37,411 nt of DNA from a virus. The stretch's first letter is position 1; the number at the start of each line of letters is the position of its first letter. Below, one piece after another: positions 35,896 through 37,411 of the stretch. The DNA lies in the UHGV virus genome UHGV-0194661; one strand, given 5' to 3'. The position numbers and the translations under genes are program-made. Below the pieces are notes generated by a model. The model did not search any database, was not told the DNA's origin, and saw only the letters and a list, made by a program, of their open reading frames with translations.

Positions 35896-36267
35896 ATGAA
35901 AATCACGATGAATGACGGGCAAGAACTGACCGTACAAGATGTTGAGTTGCAGTCAGACGGCGGACTGCTGGTGAAAACAATCTCGGCAACGGAAGAACAA
36001 CTTAAAAAGATGTTCTCTGATGAGATGGCAACTAAAAGAATATCCGTCTCAGAGCGTGGATCACAGATAGGAAACTATGAGAATTACATGCAATTCAACG
36101 CAATCGTCAAATATACAGCCGGAATACTTGGAGTTGTGATGTATCAAGATGGACAAGCACCGGAAGAAAGAATACAAACACTTGAAAAGGAAAAAGAAGA
36201 GATGCAGAAAAAAATTGATCAGTTGGAAGGATGCATCCTGGAAATGTCTGAGAAGGTATATGAGTGA
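35896..36267 (+). CDS. Hypothetical tail-module protein with C-terminal coiled coil
   Basis: 123 aa, GGAGGA RBS. Confidence 0.4.
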   Translation: MKITMNDGQELTVQDVELQSDGGLLVKTISATEEQLKKMFSDEMATKRISVSERGSQIGNYENYMQFNAIVKYTAGILGVVMYQDGQAPEERIQTLEKEKEEMQKKIDQLEGCILEMSEKVYE

Positions 36268-36323
36268 TAGAAACTCTACGGATTATTTTATATATATTAT
36301 TACAGAATGACGGAGGAAAAGAA

Positions 36324-36470
36324 ATGATGGCAATGTTATGGGCACAGCAAATTATGCTGGGAAAGAAAACATTTTCACAAGTACCGAGATTATTAAAAGA
36401 CAAGGTAAAGGAGATTCTGGAAGATTCCGGAATGGGCGATCTTGCGAATGAAGATACGAAACAAAAGTAA
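36324..36470 (+). CDS. Small protein (48 aa) with a loose XkdX-like pattern
   Basis: GGAGG then ATG 36324. Translation MMAMLWAQQIMLGKKTFSQVPRLLKDKVKEIL... Confidence 0.35.
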   Translation: MMAMLWAQQIMLGKKTFSQVPRLLKDKVKEILEDSGMGDLANEDTKQK

Positions 36471-36485
36471 GGGAGGGTAAGCAAT

Positions 36486-36695
36486 ATGGTGAATGTGTTG
36501 GATATTATAGAGAGCAATATTGCTGGAATGAGGCTGTCGTTGATGGCGGATACAAAAGGGGAGATGCTTCCGAAAACATGCGTGGATCTGAACAGCATTG
36601 CAGGGGACAGGAAGATTCTTCCAGGGAGCACCTGCATCACGCCAACATTAGACATAGCTATCATGGGAAATGATGGTGAATGGAGGTGGAACTGA
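36486..36695 (+). CDS. Small hypothetical protein
   Basis: 69-aa ORF with a GGGAGGG RBS. Confidence 0.35.
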   Translation: MVNVLDIIESNIAGMRLSLMADTKGEMLPKTCVDLNSIAGDRKILPGSTCITPTLDIAIMGNDGEWRWN

Positions 36696-37405
36696 TGGAC
36701 AGTAATCTAATTATGGCTATTGCTATGAAAGCGTTGAAGAACAGTAAAGCTGGTGGAGGGACAGTGAAGCTTGATGCTGTAAATAAGGCTGTCGAATCAA
36801 TCGTTGCAGACAGAGAACAGATTGCTAAAAACAAGACGGACATTGCTTTGCTAAATGAAGATTTAGCGCAAATAGAGAATTTTGTTGTTGGGAAAAATTT
36901 ACTGAATCCTAACACAGTTACTATTGGTAAGAGAATGTATGTAGACGGAAGTGTGCGCACGCAAGAATCAGATTTTTACACAGATTTTATTGCTGTAAAA
37001 CCTAATCAGCATATCTATGCAAGTTTTCTTAATGATACTGGTAATTTTGTAAGGTCACAGATCAGGCATGTTTGTGCTTATGATGCAAGCAAAACTGTAT
37101 TGTCGTCAAAAGGGCAACATGATGCTGGATATGATTATCTTGTTCCAGATGGCGTTGCTTATATCGTGGTAACATTTACGGAAAATAATAACATCAACCA
37201 TAGGCAGTTGGAGGTAAGTGATACTGGCATAACAAGTTTTGAGGAGTACTTTGCTCCTTATATCGAATTAAAAGCACAAGCACAGATCGACAAAAACACA
37301 AGTGGTGTGAAACGGTTAGATGAAGAGAAGGCAAATGGCAAAGGAATCTCATTCTCAATCAACGAATCAGGTGGACTTAGAGTAACTTACGATGATGGCA
37401 AATAG
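36695..37405 (+). CDS. Tail fibre / receptor-binding-module protein
   Basis: GGAGGTGG then ATG 36695. 236 aa. Its stop is followed by AGGAGGAT at the window end, which lines up with the first ORF of the window. Confidence 0.45.
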   Translation: MDSNLIMAIAMKALKNSKAGGGTVKLDAVNKAVESIVADREQIAKNKTDIALLNEDLAQIENFVVGKNLLNPNTVTIGKRMYVDGSVRTQESDFYTDFIAVKPNQHIYASFLNDTGNFVRSQIRHVCAYDASKTVLSSKGQHDAGYDYLVPDGVAYIVVTFTENNNINHRQLEVSDTGITSFEEYFAPYIELKAQAQIDKNTSGVKRLDEEKANGKGISFSINESGGLRVTYDDGK

Positions 37406-37411
37406 GAGGAT

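Noticed and set aside
36107-36960. Minus-strand ORFs 36107..36664 and 36661..36960
   Set aside because: They are antisense to plus-strand genes that have strong RBSs. The whole late region is transcribed rightward.

Overview
The window reads as a near-complete temperate siphovirus genome of about 37.4 kb, probably Firmicutes (Clostridia) type, that appears circularly permuted because the 3' end of the window supplies a GGAGGA RBS for the first ORF. Gene order: (1) a diversity-generating retroelement (DGR) made of a 504-aa tail-fibre-like target gene with a C-terminal variable region (VR), a template repeat (TR) about 95 bp downstream, a structured spacer and a DGR-type reverse transcriptase; (2) an XkdW/XkdX-like pair followed by a lysis cassette (BhlA-like membrane protein, holin, GH25 endolysin); (3) a C-terminal remnant of a tyrosine integrase on the minus strand, disrupted by a 14-bp tandem duplication; (4) minus-strand morons (Uma2 endonuclease, DUF4041/T5orf172 coiled-coil protein) in front of an ImmA/ImmR-type lysogeny switch with divergent promoters and a Cro-like gene; (5) an antirepressor, a recombination/replication module (YqaJ exonuclease, DUF1351, RecT, RusA, DUF4373 replication protein, two DUF551 paralogs) and a sigma-like late regulator; (6) an AT-rich three-gene cassette (one soluble protein plus two multi-TM proteins), a terminator and a phage-encoded tRNA(CAU); (7) packaging and head genes (TerS, TerL, portal, SPP1-gp7-like minor head protein, Prp protease, scaffold, HK97-fold capsid); (8) connector and tail genes (major tail protein, chaperone pair, Cys-rich zinc-ribbon ORF, tape measure, Dit, baseplate/fibre proteins) running to the end of the window. 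Several small genes are absent from the ORF track: the XkdX-like gene, the Cys-rich zinc-ribbon ORF and a 58-aa ORF in front of the lysin. All protein family calls are from remembered motifs, not database searches.
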